In this document: in pieces, positions 5,695-6,834 of the stretch
Layout of the letters: each line of letters opens with the position of its first letter
Numbering within the stretch: the stretch's first letter is position 1
From: Octopus sinensis
Lineage: Eukaryota
Direction of reading: 5' to 3'
Assembly: GCF_006345805.1 (NCBI RefSeq)
Contig: NW_021828978.1
Location: 1 to 6,834, forward strand
Length of the DNA: 6,834 nt
Notes under the pieces: model-generated
Database searches by the model: none
What the model was told of the DNA's origin: nothing
What the model saw: the letters and a program-made list of their open reading frames with translations, nothing else
Made by a program: the position numbers and the translations under genes

Positions 5695-5898
5695 ATCCAA
5701 ACATGAAAAGACAAAGAGAAAACACAACAACGCGAGGACGTGGAACAAGTATAGTATTATTGGACGCTCAGGAAGCAAAGAAAGTAGGACTTAATGTTTC
5801 GAGCGGAGCTCTTCGTCAGAAACATAGGAAAAGGAAAGATCCAAGGAAGGGAAAACGGAGAAAAAAATCGCCAACGGTACATACGCGGTCACATTTTG
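5691..5898 (-). mobile_element. Non-coding Penelope-like element fragment (pseudo-LTR/retrozyme-like) flanked by (TA)n
   Basis: A ~208-bp purine-skewed segment with sharp (TA)n boundaries on both sides and a minimal hammerhead motif. Such motifs are established features of Penelope-like pseudo-LTRs. There is no RT or GIY-YIG coding sequence in the window. Confidence 0.65.
5789..5823 (-). ncRNA. Minimal type I hammerhead ribozyme motif (probably degenerate)
   Basis: The minus strand reads GUUU-CUGACGA-A-GAGC(UCC)GCUC-GAAA-C-AUU-AAGU. The core CUGANGA (5813-5819) and GAAA (5797-5800) are intact, stem II is a perfect 4 bp, stem I is 4 bp with two G-U pairs, and there is no intramolecular stem III. 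Confidence 0.75.
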
Positions 5899-5900
5899 AA

Positions 5901-5935
5901 TATATATACATATATATATATATGTGTGTGTGTGT
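5901..5935 (+). repeat. (TA)n-(TG)n compound microsatellite
   Basis: Read directly from the sequence. It has the same order as the internal tract of the full SINE (3550-3586). Confidence 0.93.
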
Positions 5936-6126
5936 CCGTCCAACACAACCGCTTGACAACCAGTGTTGGTGTGTTTGCGTCTCCGTAACTTAGCAGTTCG
6001 GCAAAAGATAACGATAGAATAAGTATCCCGCTTTAAAATAAAGTCCTGGGCTCACTTCATTCAGCTAAAAATTCTTGAAGGCGGTGCTCCGGCGTGGCCG
6101 CAGTCTGATGACTGAAACAAGTAAAA
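5936..6126 (+). mobile_element. SINE family A, 3' half
   Basis: GCTTGACAAC..GGTGTGTTT..CCGTAACTTAGCAGTTCGGCAAAAGA..CGATAGAATAAGTA..AAGTCCTGGG..AAGGCGGTGCTCC..CAGTC-TGAT-GACTGAAACAAGTAAAA, collinear with 3600-3780. Confidence 0.9.
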
Positions 6127-6470
6127 TGCATATATAATCTATGTTGTGTAGAAGATGGCAGGGATTCCATGCAATGTCTACACGTATCGGTTTATTTGGG
6201 TGAGTTTGTGTTTCTTAGTACACGTTTTTGTTGTGTGTGTGCCTGAAGATTGTTAATATTGTTCAAGTTGTGAAGATAACGTTCCCAAACCTCTTTTTTT
6301 TCCCTAAGTGATATATACCTCAACACCACCCCTAGTTCTTTGAAAGACAGAAAAAAATACAGCCAAACCAAGCCAAAAACTTTGCTCCTCCAATCTGTCT
6401 TAGTCACCTGCAAAAGCCTGAGCAAAAACACATGCACTCAAATGACACGCACGCTCCATCTGTTTCATAA

Positions 6471-6834
6471 TATAGATATATATATCATCATACACACACA
6501 CACATATATATATATATTTATAAACACATACACTCACATATACATTATTATATATACACCTATATATATATATATATACATATATCAGCATACACACACA
6601 CATATATATATATATTTATAAACACATACACTCATATATACATATATATATATATATATATACATACACACACACATATATGCATATATATATATATATA
6701 TACATACACACACACATATATGCATATATTTATAAACACATACACTCACATATGCATTATTATATATATACACACGTATATACATACATATATATATATA
6801 TGCACATAGATACATACATCTACAACATGTATAT
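6471..6834 (+). repeat. Compound (AT)/(AC) microsatellite with a ~100-bp higher-order repeat; runs to the window end
   Basis: The 20-mer TTTATAAACACATACACTCA recurs at 6517, 6615 and 6729. A 40-bp period is seen at 6661-6729. Confidence 0.92.

Noticed and set aside
5703-5993. Basic 96-aa ORF as a Penelope or nucleic-acid-binding protein
   Set aside because: The K/R richness comes from reading the purine-rich strand of a non-coding element. The frame runs on through (TA)n(TG)n into a SINE and has no RT or GIY-YIG motif.
6105-6118. CTGATGA-CT-GAAAC as a second hammerhead
   Set aside because: Only 2 nt separate the two core boxes, so no stem II can form. It is a chance loop variant of the SINE CAGTC-NNNN-GACTG hairpin.
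6517-6748. CRISPR-like array (20-bp repeat at regular spacing)
   Set aside because: The spacers are microsatellite rather than unique sequence, there are no cas genes, and the context is eukaryotic.
123-6815. The supplied six-frame ORFs (63-149 aa) as protein-coding genes
   Set aside because: They are dominated by THTH, YIYI, CVCV, LSIY and poly-I/L translations of microsatellites, or run through SINE sequence. I recognise no domain, and many start at non-ATG codons.

Overview
AT-rich, microsatellite-dense, non-coding eukaryotic DNA with no credible protein-coding ORF. All the supplied ORFs are products of simple repeats or of repeat fragments. The repeat complement strongly resembles that of octopus (coleoid cephalopod) genomes; this is recognition from memory and has not been checked against a database. 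The window is a mosaic of two tRNA-derived SINE families. Family A has a tRNA head, a CORE-like segment, an internal (TA)n(TG)n tract, a body and a LINE-derived stem-loop tail, and is present as one full copy plus orphan halves. Family B is present as several partial copies. Also present are a 153-bp MITE with 29-bp TIRs and an 8-bp TSD nested in a family B SINE, a pogo/Tigger-like terminus, a ~170-bp tandem duplication whose differences are almost all indels, and a Penelope-like fragment between (TA)n tracts that carries a minimal hammerhead ribozyme motif on the minus strand. A few weak exon and cis-regulatory candidates lie in the unique islands.
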